From: Candidatus Altiarchaeota archaeon
GTDB lineage: Archaea; Altiarchaeota; Altiarchaeia; IMC4; SCGC-AAA252-I15
NCBI GenBank assembly: GCA_043804895.1
Contig: JAZDIN010000011.1
Span: 1-58,988, forward strand
Length of the DNA: 58,988 bases
Reading direction: 5' to 3'
Of the stretch, positions 1 to 8,895 are shown one piece after another (position 1 is the first letter of the stretch; the number at the start of each line of letters is the position of its first letter). The position numbers and the translations under genes are program-made. The notes beneath the pieces were generated by a model that saw only the letters and a program-made list of their open reading frames with translations, searched no databases and had not been told where the DNA came from.

Positions 1-745
1 CTCCCAGGAACGTCTGCGTCAAGCCTAAGTTGACTGTAGCGTGTTTGAAGCCTTCAACCAGCAGTTCAGACTCGAAGACGACGGCCACAGTCGCCAGAAG
101 CAGGATGATGGAAGCGGTCCTGATGCTGATTGTGTGTTTCACACCTTTTGCTTTCACCTCATCGCTGGCGTCGAAAAGGTGCTTGTGTGTGACAAATGCG
201 AAAATGAGGCCTGCCACGTAGATCAAGGCGAGGACTGCGGCGACTGCGTCGTTTATTATCCTCTCATCGCCAGGTTCAGCCCCCCCGACCATGGAGTAGA
301 CTGTTGGTACTGCTAGGCCTACGATGGCTATTATCAGCATTGTTGAGGAGACACCAACTGAATCCTTGTTGAACTTCTGTTCCTTAAACCTTAGGCCGCC
401 GAAGAAGATGCTCAAGCCGATAAGGAGTAGGAGGTTGCCGAGGATGCTACCGACAATCGAGGCCTGGACTATGCCTATGAGGCCCATCCTCAACGCGAAC
501 ACAGCTATTATCAACTCCACTACGTTCCCGAAGGTTGCGCTCAGGAGGCCCCCGACGGTGGGGCTCGTCTGCAAGGCCAACTCGTTTGTTGCATACCCGA
601 TTATCCTGGATAGGGGTATTATGGCGCAGACTGTGGTTATGAGTGCCAGGGTCTTGTACTGCGTGAAAAAGCCGAGGTACAAGCTGAATGGGATGAAAAC
701 AAGCAACAGCAAAGTAGCCCTCCCAATCCTAAACGACATGACCAT
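1..745 (-). CDS. Ca2+/H+ antiporter (CAX/ChaA family), 3' part runs off window
   Basis: Not in ORF track. Manual minus-strand translation from ATG 745/739 gives MVMSFRIGRATLLLLVFIP...GGLLSATFGNVVELIIAVFAL...ASIVGSILGNLLL...GGLRFKEQKFN, containing the CAX alpha-1 repeat GNxxE. Confidence 0.9.
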   Translation of the reverse strand, partial: MVMSFRIGRATLLLLVFIPFSLYLGFFTQYKTLALITTVCAIIPLSRIIGYATNELALQTSPTVGGLLSATFGNVVELIIAVFALRMGLIGIVQASIVGSILGNLLLLIGLSIFFGGLRFKEQKFNKDSVGVSSTMLIIAIVGLAVPTVYSMVGGAEPGDERIINDAVAAVLALIYVAGLIFAFVTHKHLFDASDEVKAKGVKHTISIRTASIILLLATVAVVFESELLVEGFKHATVNLGLTQTFLG

Positions 746-826
746 AGGATACTATTAGGTAACTAAACAGTAAAATAGGATAACTACAACAAACTGGTAG
801 TTGTGAAAACTCATGGAACTCTAAAA

Positions 827-1876
827 TTATGTCGTGTCCTGTGTTAAATGTTCTTTTGCATTTTCAATAGCTTTTATCGCCCTTCCCCTGTCAACTTCAT
901 TCAGTCCCCCGCGGGTCATCTGGTTTATGGTGTTCGCGAGTCCCATGATGACAACTTCCGGGCTTAAATTATCCTCCAGATACTTCGCCTGAAGTTTGTG
1001 TTCTCTCCCACTCTTTTCAATCACCCTGATGTCCGGGTAGCCTTTACCGTACATCAGGACTAATACTCCCTGGCCGTCCTTTATTTCAGCATTGTCCTTG
1101 CTGATAGGTTCAGCTTTGCTTATGTCTGGTTTCCTAATGTCGCCCTCTGCGACCATGGGCACTACTGCAACCGGCATGTACGCTCCCATCGCATTCCCCT
1201 CCAAAGGCGGGAATACGTAAATGCCATTCATTATGCCAATCAGGCTTAGGAGTCCCGGGTTCCTTATGACTCTCTCATTAAGGTCTGCGAATTCAGGGCT
1301 CTTAAAATCTATTTCACTCCTCATCCTGTCAATTGCACCCAGCCATTCTTTTGAACCAAACAGGTTGTAAACCCCCTTAAGCTCGTCAACAGTCCTGTTC
1401 ACCTCTTCAATCGTGCCATCCGTCCTAATTGAAGCATGGGAAAATGCAGCTGTTAGCCCCTCAACCACGACATCAGTTTTTATCCCGCTGACTTCCGTCC
1501 TATTACCCAACTCACGTTCACGTCCTTGGCCGTCAACCACCATGTAACTCATATTGTACTGTCTCCCATCACCATAAAGGAGTATTAATCCCTGCCCTTT
1601 TGGGGGTTTAAAGTCTAGAGTTTCGATAGGTTTAGCGTCCTCAACCTTCACACCCCTGGTCTTCTCATCTAAAAGGGGTGCTGTCGCTATCGGGACGCCC
1701 TTTTGGATTCCAAAATCCAGGAGGCCGCCGTTCACCAGGTTCTTTAGTTCATGATTTTCTGCAATCTCCCTGTTACCTCTGCCGAAGACGAGTTTGCTGT
1801 CTGATATGCTATCTCTAAGTCCTTCTAAAGCTTGATAAATATCTTTGGTATCAACTGGTCTCTCCCTAGTCGTCAT
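827..1876 (-). CDS. hypothetical protein with tandem duplicated domain
   Basis: 349-aa ORF, SD-like GAGGTAGG before ATG, two internally similar halves, no family recognised. Confidence 0.75.
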   Translation of the reverse strand: MTTRERPVDTKDIYQALEGLRDSISDSKLVFGRGNREIAENHELKNLVNGGLLDFGIQKGVPIATAPLLDEKTRGVKVEDAKPIETLDFKPPKGQGLILLYGDGRQYNMSYMVVDGQGRERELGNRTEVSGIKTDVVVEGLTAAFSHASIRTDGTIEEVNRTVDELKGVYNLFGSKEWLGAIDRMRSEIDFKSPEFADLNERVIRNPGLLSLIGIMNGIYVFPPLEGNAMGAYMPVAVVPMVAEGDIRKPDISKAEPISKDNAEIKDGQGVLVLMYGKGYPDIRVIEKSGREHKLQAKYLEDNLSPEVVIMGLANTINQMTRGGLNEVDRGRAIKAIENAKEHLTQDTT

Positions 1877-1879
1877 AAC

Positions 1880-1969
1880 CTACCTCTGTTTTAACCTCTC
1901 CAAGAGCGTGTCTAAAGCAATTACAAGAGGTCTATACATTTCTTCCACCCCATGATCATGTGGATTCAT
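1880..1969 (-). CDS. putative 29-aa small/leader protein (MNPHDHGVEEMYRPLVIALDTLLERLKQR)
   Basis: ATG 23 nt downstream of TATA-like TATTTAT; stop lies 3 nt before the next ATG. Confidence 0.4.
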   Translation of the reverse strand: MNPHDHGVEEMYRPLVIALDTLLERLKQR

Positions 1970-1999
1970 ATTAATCATTGTTCATCCAGAGAATAAATA
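1970..1999 (-). promoter_or_regulatory. promoter shared with the 29338 gene (TATTTAT-N-CTCTGGATGAACAAT)
   Basis: 22 of first 23 nt identical to 29308-29330, same spacing to start codon. Confidence 0.6.
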
Positions 2000-2084
2000 T
2001 TGTGTCTTTAATTTGTGGCTTTAATGCTACTACACGGACAATTATTAATATTCCCCTAACATATCTGTATCCAGGTGTTTTCCA

Positions 2085-2789
2085 ATGTTATACGAGCAGG
2101 ATCCTTACCTTAGGGAGTTCGACTCTAAGGTCAAGTCAGTGACAGATGGGAAGTACGTCGTCCTAGAGGATACATGCTTCTACCCGAATAGTGGCGGCCA
2201 GCCTCACGACACGGGCGTGCTGGTGAAGGATGGCGTCGAGTACAGGGTCGTGTTCGCTAAGAAGTTCGGTGGCGAGGTCAGCCATGAAATCGACCCGCAG
2301 GGTCTGGCTGTCGGTGCCAGCGTCCACGGCGTAATAGACTGGGAGCGTCGTTACATCCTCATGCGAAGCCACACTGCTGCTCACATGCTATCTGCAGTCA
2401 TAAATCAGGAGACTGGGGCTGACATCTCAGGCAACCAGCTTGACTTAGAGTACAGTCGAATCGACTTCAACCTCGAGGACTTCGACAGGGAGCGGGTGAA
2501 GGACTTTGAGAGGCTGGTGAACGAGGCTATCTCACGGGACATGCATGTGAAGGTTAGGCAGATTCCGAGGGAGGAGGCTTTGAAGGACACCTCTCTCTTC
2601 AGGTTGCTGAAGGGTTTCCCTGAGGGGGTGCAGGTGGTTAACGTCGTTGAAGTGGAAGGCTTTGACATGCAAGCCTGCGGAGGAACACACGTCAGAAACA
2701 CGAAAGAGATTGGCCCCCTAGAAGTATTCAAGGCCGAGAACAAGGGGAAGAACAACCGGAGGATGTATTTTAGGTTGAGGAAGTTGTGA
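2085..2789 (+). CDS. alaXM: alanyl-tRNA editing protein AlaX-M
   Basis: FYPNSGGQPHDTG, HTAAH and CGGTH zinc motifs, KGKNNRR C-terminus. Confidence 0.93.
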   Translation: MLYEQDPYLREFDSKVKSVTDGKYVVLEDTCFYPNSGGQPHDTGVLVKDGVEYRVVFAKKFGGEVSHEIDPQGLAVGASVHGVIDWERRYILMRSHTAAHMLSAVINQETGADISGNQLDLEYSRIDFNLEDFDRERVKDFERLVNEAISRDMHVKVRQIPREEALKDTSLFRLLKGFPEGVQVVNVVEVEGFDMQACGGTHVRNTKEIGPLEVFKAENKGKNNRRMYFRLRKL

Positions 2790-2825
2790 AGATTTTTATA
2801 CTAGGGTGTTTAATTAGTTTCTGCG

Positions 2826-3554
2826 ATGGTTGTCTTGAAAAAAAACTTGTTTGTTGTTCTTGCTGTCGTGGTTCTGCTTTCAGGTTGCGTTAAAATCCAG
2901 ATGCGGGAGGAGATAGGTCCGACCGGGTCTTCTGATATTACGATGACTATCGCGCCTGCCAACGATTCTGTGAAGCTGTGGGAGGAGGGCGATAACCCGT
3001 GCGACACGATGAACACCACCAACAGTAAGGTCACCGGCGTCACATGCAAATACGATGGGAAGAAGGTGACAGTCAAAGGCAAGTTCGACAGGGCCGCTGC
3101 GGGCGGGCTGACGATTACTGGCAGCAAATACCGGTTCGATCTGGTGGATGCGATGAAGGCTATGGATGAGAAGGAGGAGGGTGAGGAGGATAATCAGGTA
3201 GAGATGCCTAAAAACAAGACCCAGCTTAAGATGCTGAAAGATGCGGGGATGGCATACGATTACTACGTCAAGATGCCAGGGACTGTGACAAAGAAGTCCG
3301 GTGGCACAGTCCAGTTGGACGGCTCAATAAAGTTCGACCTCTTGGACCCCGACCTGCCTGATAAGCCGTACGTGGAATCCGACGCAGGGGTTCTGGGGTT
3401 ACTCGGCGGTGCAAAGACTGCAGCTGACTCCCCAACCAAGAAGTCCGGTGGCAAGTCTACTGGGAGTTCAAGCTCAAGCGGATGCTGTTGCACACCCGTT
3501 TTGACTGCTGTCCTCGCAGGATTGGGCGCAGCAGCGTCAAAATCATTCTATTAG
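2826..3554 (+). CDS. putative lipoprotein (LppM-like) with Cys-rich C-terminal hydrophobic anchor
   Basis: Lipobox LLSGC after hydrophobic signal; Ser/Gly linker then GCCCTP plus hydrophobic tail. Confidence 0.7.
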   Translation: MVVLKKNLFVVLAVVVLLSGCVKIQMREEIGPTGSSDITMTIAPANDSVKLWEEGDNPCDTMNTTNSKVTGVTCKYDGKKVTVKGKFDRAAAGGLTITGSKYRFDLVDAMKAMDEKEEGEEDNQVEMPKNKTQLKMLKDAGMAYDYYVKMPGTVTKKSGGTVQLDGSIKFDLLDPDLPDKPYVESDAGVLGLLGGAKTAADSPTKKSGGKSTGSSSSSGCCCTPVLTAVLAGLGAAASKSFY

Positions 3555-3560
3555 GTTCAA

Positions 3561-4661
3561 CTACCCTGGATAAGAATTATATACTCTACCCGCATTTTTC
3601 ATGAGAAATAATCCTATTAAAGCAGTAAGCATCATAACCCCTGTCATCTGCCACCAGACTGATACTATGCTGGCCCCTAAGGCAAGGTTCGTTAAAATGT
3701 GGGCTGGTGACAGCCTAATCAACACCTCACTGGCGTTGGCTGAAGGGGAGAACAACGCTATCGACGCCACGCACACGAGCGTGTAGGCCATCTGCGCGGT
3801 CCTGTTCCTCTGGAAGTGCAGCGCCATCACGGCCCCGATTGACGTGAACAGTGTCGCGTACAATGTGAAAGCAACCGCGATACCGACGGGGTTGAGCGTC
3901 TTGTATTCAGTGAACGAGAGTACTATCAGCCATATTATGCAGTGCGGTATAGTGGCATAGAGCGCGCCGAGGCATTTGCCCTTCACTATGGCATTATCCC
4001 CTATGGGGGCTGCGAGCAGGTTAAGTATCCTCCCAGACTCCATATCCTCTGTCAGACTGTCTATGACTAGGCTGCCTGCCATTATGGCTGGCATGAAGAA
4101 GAGTAGGGGTATGGTGAACAGGAGGAATACTTCGAAGTTTCTCTCATCCCCCCTTGCAGCCTCATCATAACTGAGGAGCTTCAATTCTGGCGTGTACAAC
4201 ATCATCTTAACCCTCCTCAGCCTCCCCTCGAGGTTGAGGAAGAACCTCTTCAGTGTTAGTCTAATAACACCAACCTTTGGAGTGTTGGTGGGAAGGTAGA
4301 CAGTCAAGACCGTAGGGTCGGTTCTGAGATTGATGTTCCCAACTATTACTGTGTCCAACAAGCCGCCACGGAAGTCTTCTTCTGCTTTTGTCAGGCTATC
4401 GTAGCTGAAATAGGTTATCCCTGACTGTTGCAGTGGTAGAGCCACTTCAGTCTTTGAATCAGTGACTATACCCGCGTATATGACATTCCTAGCCCCCCTT
4501 AATAGATCGCTTGTCTCAGGCGACGTTAGGACGTCATAGCCGACGCTGAGGAATGCAGATGAGGAGACGAGCAATATCTCAAAGAGCAGGACCATCACGA
4601 AGCTTTTTTCTCTCATCATCGCTTTGAACTCCCTCCAAGCTATCCTATACTCTCCCTTCAT
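3561..4661 (-). CDS. ABC-2 type transporter permease
   Basis: IAWREFK N-terminus, EDMESGRILNLLAAPI...GK ABC-2 motif, multiple TM helices. Confidence 0.85.
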   Translation of the reverse strand: MKGEYRIAWREFKAMMREKSFVMVLLFEILLVSSSAFLSVGYDVLTSPETSDLLRGARNVIYAGIVTDSKTEVALPLQQSGITYFSYDSLTKAEEDFRGGLLDTVIVGNINLRTDPTVLTVYLPTNTPKVGVIRLTLKRFFLNLEGRLRRVKMMLYTPELKLLSYDEAARGDERNFEVFLLFTIPLLFFMPAIMAGSLVIDSLTEDMESGRILNLLAAPIGDNAIVKGKCLGALYATIPHCIIWLIVLSFTEYKTLNPVGIAVAFTLYATLFTSIGAVMALHFQRNRTAQMAYTLVCVASIALFSPSANASEVLIRLSPAHILTNLALGASIVSVWWQMTGVMMLTALIGLFLMKNAGRVYNSYPG

Positions 4662-6451
4662 CTCAGGCCTCCCCGCATCATCGTGATGTTGTATGTGTAG
4701 TGTGCCAAGGTGACTGCCGCCAGGCCTATGAGGAATGTTGTTCTACTCTTGTTTTTGGAGATGAGCCATGACAGGAACGTCGTGAGGATGATGTGCACCA
4801 CCATCGTGTAAATTAGGCCTTTAACTACGAACACTGTGTATGGTGTTGGCAGGTAAGAGTACACTTTTGATATCAGGTAGATGTTGAACAGTTTCTCTGT
4901 TGCGAAAAAGCTAAGCCCTGCAGTCAGCCCGTATACCGCAGGTTTGATTCGCCTGTTGTAGGTGTACGGGAGTATCTTGACGAGCTCCTCTATGAATGCC
5001 AGGAGCATTATGGAGGCGTATGGCGCCATGTAACCGATTGGCAGTATGACGTATGCCATCAATGTCTGGACTATGTAGACGAACGGGACCAAGAGTGATA
5101 CGCTGGCTATAGCGTATTTTACCCCCCCGCCAAGGCGTCTTGAGAGGCTGAGGTAGAAAGCCCGTGACAGGTCCTTCAGGCCTGGAGTGCTCTGGAACAC
5201 TTCAGGCTGGAAGCATGAGAGGGTGAACGCTGCGAAGAACAGGGTCAGGAACTTATAGGGTAGGAGCGACAGGAACACGTCGGAGTAGCTGACGTAGGCG
5301 TTGTTCTGTACTGTCGTTATCGTGTCCAGAGGGGATAGAAAAGCCAAGACGTTCATCCCTGAGAAGACGTTAGGCAGCACTATGAATATCAGGAACGTCA
5401 TGAGCGATATGGAGCTCGTGAACGTGACTTCCCTGTAGTTCTTGGATATGACTACTGTGAAAAGCGCGAAGGATGCGAGCGTGGCGGATAGGACGGTTAG
5501 TATGTAGAACACTTTAATGGCGCCGGTTCCAGTTGACATAATGCTGTATGCGAGGTTGACTAATGCCATCGCCCCAAAATATGGTAGTGTCTTCCCAAGG
5601 AGTATCTCCCACCTTCCAAGTGGGGTTTGGAAGATGTTCTCAAGCGTTCTGTTCACCTTTTCCCTAGCGAACGACAGCGTCAACAACATCGAAAACAGGA
5701 TTGAGACTGCCACTATTGCCATGTTGTCATAAAGCCTCTTGAATACGAAGGGCACCTCCCACTCCTCTGGGAGCGTGAAACCGACACTCGTCTCATTGCT
5801 GGCTTCCTCGATGTATTTGTCCTGTTTTAGGATGTACTCCGTCAGGTTGATGTTCCCGATACTCTCGGGGTCAAGCATGTTGATATTCAACTCCTCGGGA
5901 GCTATGACATCTCCCTCTCTATTTATGAACCTTATTCTGTGCAGGTAGACTTCAGGTTTTATTGATGTGGTGTAGTCTATCTCGGACTCCACTGTCCTAA
6001 CCTTTATTGGCAATAGTATCCCGTCCAACGTTTCGTTGACGTCAGCCATCTGGTATATCAAGTCCCTATTGTAGGTTATTATGACCTGTTTGATTCTCTT
6101 AAGGGCTGCCTTAGATTTGGAGGAGCCTGAGGTTTGGAATGTGGCTACGCTGTCGTGTTCCTCGACAAATACGTCTATAACTCCCCCACTCAGGTCAGAT
6201 GCGGCCTCTTCCTTGCTGTCGTAGGGTAGCATGGATATTGTGTAATGGCTGTAGTTCCCGGACATGGTTCCCGCGACATAGCCTATCCTGTACAGCTTGT
6301 AGGAGCTTGGTGTCTCCACAGTCCCCTGGCTGGTGTTGGAGAGTATCCAGAATATCGACAGTATGCCGGCGAGGATGAAGAACTGCTCCAGGTAGTTCCG
6401 GCTGTACTGCCTTAGCTCGTATTTTGAGACGGTCAGGAATTTCAGGCGCAT
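4658..6451 (-). CDS. ABC-2 permease fused to PrsW-family intramembrane metalloprotease
   Basis: REKVNRTLENIFQTPL...ILLGK (ABC-2); C-terminal IEELVK, FFATEK, H and HYTYN PrsW-type motifs. Confidence 0.8.
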   Translation of the reverse strand: MRLKFLTVSKYELRQYSRNYLEQFFILAGILSIFWILSNTSQGTVETPSSYKLYRIGYVAGTMSGNYSHYTISMLPYDSKEEAASDLSGGVIDVFVEEHDSVATFQTSGSSKSKAALKRIKQVIITYNRDLIYQMADVNETLDGILLPIKVRTVESEIDYTTSIKPEVYLHRIRFINREGDVIAPEELNINMLDPESIGNINLTEYILKQDKYIEEASNETSVGFTLPEEWEVPFVFKRLYDNMAIVAVSILFSMLLTLSFAREKVNRTLENIFQTPLGRWEILLGKTLPYFGAMALVNLAYSIMSTGTGAIKVFYILTVLSATLASFALFTVVISKNYREVTFTSSISLMTFLIFIVLPNVFSGMNVLAFLSPLDTITTVQNNAYVSYSDVFLSLLPYKFLTLFFAAFTLSCFQPEVFQSTPGLKDLSRAFYLSLSRRLGGGVKYAIASVSLLVPFVYIVQTLMAYVILPIGYMAPYASIMLLAFIEELVKILPYTYNRRIKPAVYGLTAGLSFFATEKLFNIYLISKVYSYLPTPYTVFVVKGLIYTMVVHIILTTFLSWLISKNKSRTTFLIGLAAVTLAHYTYNITMMRGGLR

Positions 6452-6501
6452 CAGAGACTAATATGCGCCGTAGATAATAATACCGTTTGATTCGAACTAA
6501 C

Positions 6502-7752
6502 TCATATCATTCCAAGTCTTTTGCAGGCTTTAGCGAGCTTTTCTATGAACTCATCAAGGTCCTTTCTCGTGTGCGCTGCGGAAATCTGGACTCTTATCTC
6601 GTCCTTCCCTTTCGGCACGACAGGGTACGATATGTTCGTGATGAGCACTCCCTCATTGAACAGTTCGTCCACCAGCGCCCGTGTCTTGACAGGGTCTCCT
6701 ATCAGCACCGGCTGGATTGGGTGCTTGGAGTCGCATGAGAACTTCAGACCTAGCTTCGTAATCCGGCCTTTGAAGTACTCCATGTTGTCCCTTAGTTGGT
6801 CTAGCATCTTTTGCCCCTCCTTGGAGTCTATGAGGTTCAGCGACTCAAGAGATGCGCCTGCGCTCCCCGGAGGTATCGGGTTGGAGTATATGTAGGTCGC
6901 TGCCGATTCCCTCAGGTAATCCATAAGTATCCTGTCTCCTGTGACGTAGCCGCCGTCAACCCCAAGCCCCTTGCCCATGGTACCTATTAGGAGCGTGGAT
7001 TTGCCGTGGGTGACCTCCTCAGCCCCCCTGCCTGTCCCTAACGCACCAATACCATGAGCGTCGTCGACGATGGTTATTATTCCCTCCTCATATCCTGACT
7101 CCTCTTCAGAGACGACCTTCTGCATCTTGCCGAGGTCCTGATATTCGCCGAGCATGGAGAACACCCCGTCTGTGATGACGAGGGCCCTCTTGAACTTGCC
7201 TGCGTTCTCCTTAAGGACCCTCCTCAAATCCTCCAAGTCCATGTGCTTGAACACGGCCCTGCTCTCCTTCGGCAGCCCTGCGACGCGTATCCCGTCTATG
7301 ATGCTCCTGTGGTTCAGCTCGTCTGATACGACCAGCGCCTGGTCTGAGACGACGGAGTCCTTGCTCTGGCCTTTTATGAAGCAGTGTATGACCGCCATGT
7401 TGACCGCGAACGCTGACGAGAATATCATCGCATCCTCCCTCCCGTGGAATTGCGCTATCTTCTTCTCAAGGTCCTTGTGCACCTTAAGGGACCCTGATAT
7501 GAACCTGACTGCGCCCGGGCCTGTCCCGTACTTCTTAGACGCCTCCTCCTCTGCTTTCCTGAGCCTTTCGTTGAGGCGCAGTCCTAGGTAGTCGTTGGAG
7601 TTGAATATGGCGTACGGCTTCCCTGCTATTATCGCCTTCGGCGCGTAGCCTTCCTTCCTCTCAAAGCCTTCAATGATTTTCTCGTTCCTCTTTGACGTCT
7701 TGATGGCGTCAATCCTTGCCATCTCCTTTTGCAGTGTTTCTTTCAGTGTCAT
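6502..7752 (-). CDS. kbl: 2-amino-3-ketobutyrate CoA ligase (glycine C-acetyltransferase; class II PLP enzyme)
   Basis: SNDYLGL, VRFISG, NHRSIIDG, DDAHG, GTMGK; start reassigned to MTLKETL at 7752, just after the tdh stop. Confidence 0.85.
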   Translation of the reverse strand: MTLKETLQKEMARIDAIKTSKRNEKIIEGFERKEGYAPKAIIAGKPYAIFNSNDYLGLRLNERLRKAEEEASKKYGTGPGAVRFISGSLKVHKDLEKKIAQFHGREDAMIFSSAFAVNMAVIHCFIKGQSKDSVVSDQALVVSDELNHRSIIDGIRVAGLPKESRAVFKHMDLEDLRRVLKENAGKFKRALVITDGVFSMLGEYQDLGKMQKVVSEEESGYEEGIITIVDDAHGIGALGTGRGAEEVTHGKSTLLIGTMGKGLGVDGGYVTGDRILMDYLRESAATYIYSNPIPPGSAGASLESLNLIDSKEGQKMLDQLRDNMEYFKGRITKLGLKFSCDSKHPIQPVLIGDPVKTRALVDELFNEGVLITNISYPVVPKGKDEIRVQISAAHTRKDLDEFIEKLAKACKRLGMI

Positions 7753-7754
7753 GT

Positions 7755-8699
7755 TTAACCACCTATTTTCTTTTTCAGGTTCTCTAACATATCCTCGGTC
7801 ATCTCCTTTAGGCCGTACTTGTGCTTCCACCCCCAGTCCTTCCTTGCCTGTGAGTCGTCTATGGTCTTCGGCCATGAGTCCGCGATTTTCTGCCTGTGAT
7901 CTGGTTTGTAGTCGCATTTGAATTCAGGCATGTGCTTCCTTATCTCGGTTGCAAGCTCCTTCGGCGCGAAGCTTATGGCTGCGAGGTTGTATGAGAACCG
8001 CGTCTTTATCTTCTCTGCAGGCGCCTCCATTATGTCGATTGTGGCCTTTATCGCGTCCGGCATGTACATCATCGGCAGTGTGCTGTCCTCTCTGAGGAAG
8101 CATGTGTACCTCTTGTTCTGGATGGCCTCGTAGAATATGGCGACGGCGTAGTCTGTCGTGCCTCCGCCGGGTGGCGTCTTGTAGCTTAGTATGCCGGGGT
8201 ACCTCAGTGAGCGTACGTCGACTCCGTATTTCTTGAAGTAGTAGTTGCATAGCAGCTCCCCGGCGTATTTTGTAACACCGTACATGGTGTTGGGGTCCAT
8301 GATCGTGAGCTGCGGCGTGTTGTATTGCGGGGTGTTGGGGCCGAAGGCTGCGATGGAACTCGCCCAGAATATCTTCAGTTTCATGTCCCTCGCGAGGTCG
8401 AGGGCGTTCTTGAGGCTGTTCATGTTGATGTCCCATGCCACGTCGGGGTTCTCCTCGCCCTTCGCGGACAGTATTCCAACAAGATGGTATATTGTGTCGA
8501 TATCGTATCTATCAATCACATCCTTCAGCTTATTCTTATCGGTAGCGTCGATAATCTCATAGAGTCCCTCTTTCGAAAGGGACTCAGAGGGTCTCCTGCC
8601 TGACGCTATTACGTTGTCTCTCCCGTACTTCTGCCTCAGCTCTGGCGCCAACTCAGAGCCTATCTGACCCATTGATCCGGTTATTAGTATCTTTTTCAT
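7755..8699 (-). CDS. tdh: L-threonine 3-dehydrogenase (SDR/GalE-like)
   Basis: GSMGQIG, YGVTK, PGGGTTDYAV signature; operon with kbl; SD GGAGGTG. Confidence 0.9.
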   Translation of the reverse strand: MKKILITGSMGQIGSELAPELRQKYGRDNVIASGRRPSESLSKEGLYEIIDATDKNKLKDVIDRYDIDTIYHLVGILSAKGEENPDVAWDINMNSLKNALDLARDMKLKIFWASSIAAFGPNTPQYNTPQLTIMDPNTMYGVTKYAGELLCNYYFKKYGVDVRSLRYPGILSYKTPPGGGTTDYAVAIFYEAIQNKRYTCFLREDSTLPMMYMPDAIKATIDIMEAPAEKIKTRFSYNLAAISFAPKELATEIRKHMPEFKCDYKPDHRQKIADSWPKTIDDSQARKDWGWKHKYGLKEMTEDMLENLKKKIGG

Positions 8700-8709
8700 A
8701 CGACACCTC

Positions 8710-8841
8710 CTATAGTATTCCCAATATCCATTTATAAACTAATGTCGTTGATGTGCTGCCAGTCGCATCATCGCCTCCTGGCCCCGAGCAGATGCACCCA
8801 GAGAATAGGACGAGAATGACGATAACTCCGAGATAGCGCAC
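8710..8841 (-). pseudogene. truncated lipoprotein gene remnant or 43-aa mini-lipoprotein
   Basis: GTG start about 20 nt after TTATATATA; reads MRYLGVIVILVLFSGCICSGPGGDDATGSTSTTLVYKWILGIL* (lipobox FSGC plus start of a Thr linker) and ends inside the tdh promoter. Confidence 0.55.
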
Positions 8842-8895
8842 GTTAGCTATAACTGTGCCGCTATATATAAGATACTAACGATATCTTATACTCTA

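Noticed and set aside
30-758. Plus-strand ORFs 30-221, 41-316 and 324-758
   Set aside because: Antisense shadows of the minus-strand CAX antiporter, which the track missed because it runs off the window
7753-7917. N-terminal extension of kbl in the ORF track
   Set aside because: Overlaps the tdh 3' end; the ATG at 7752 just after the tdh stop is the plausible start
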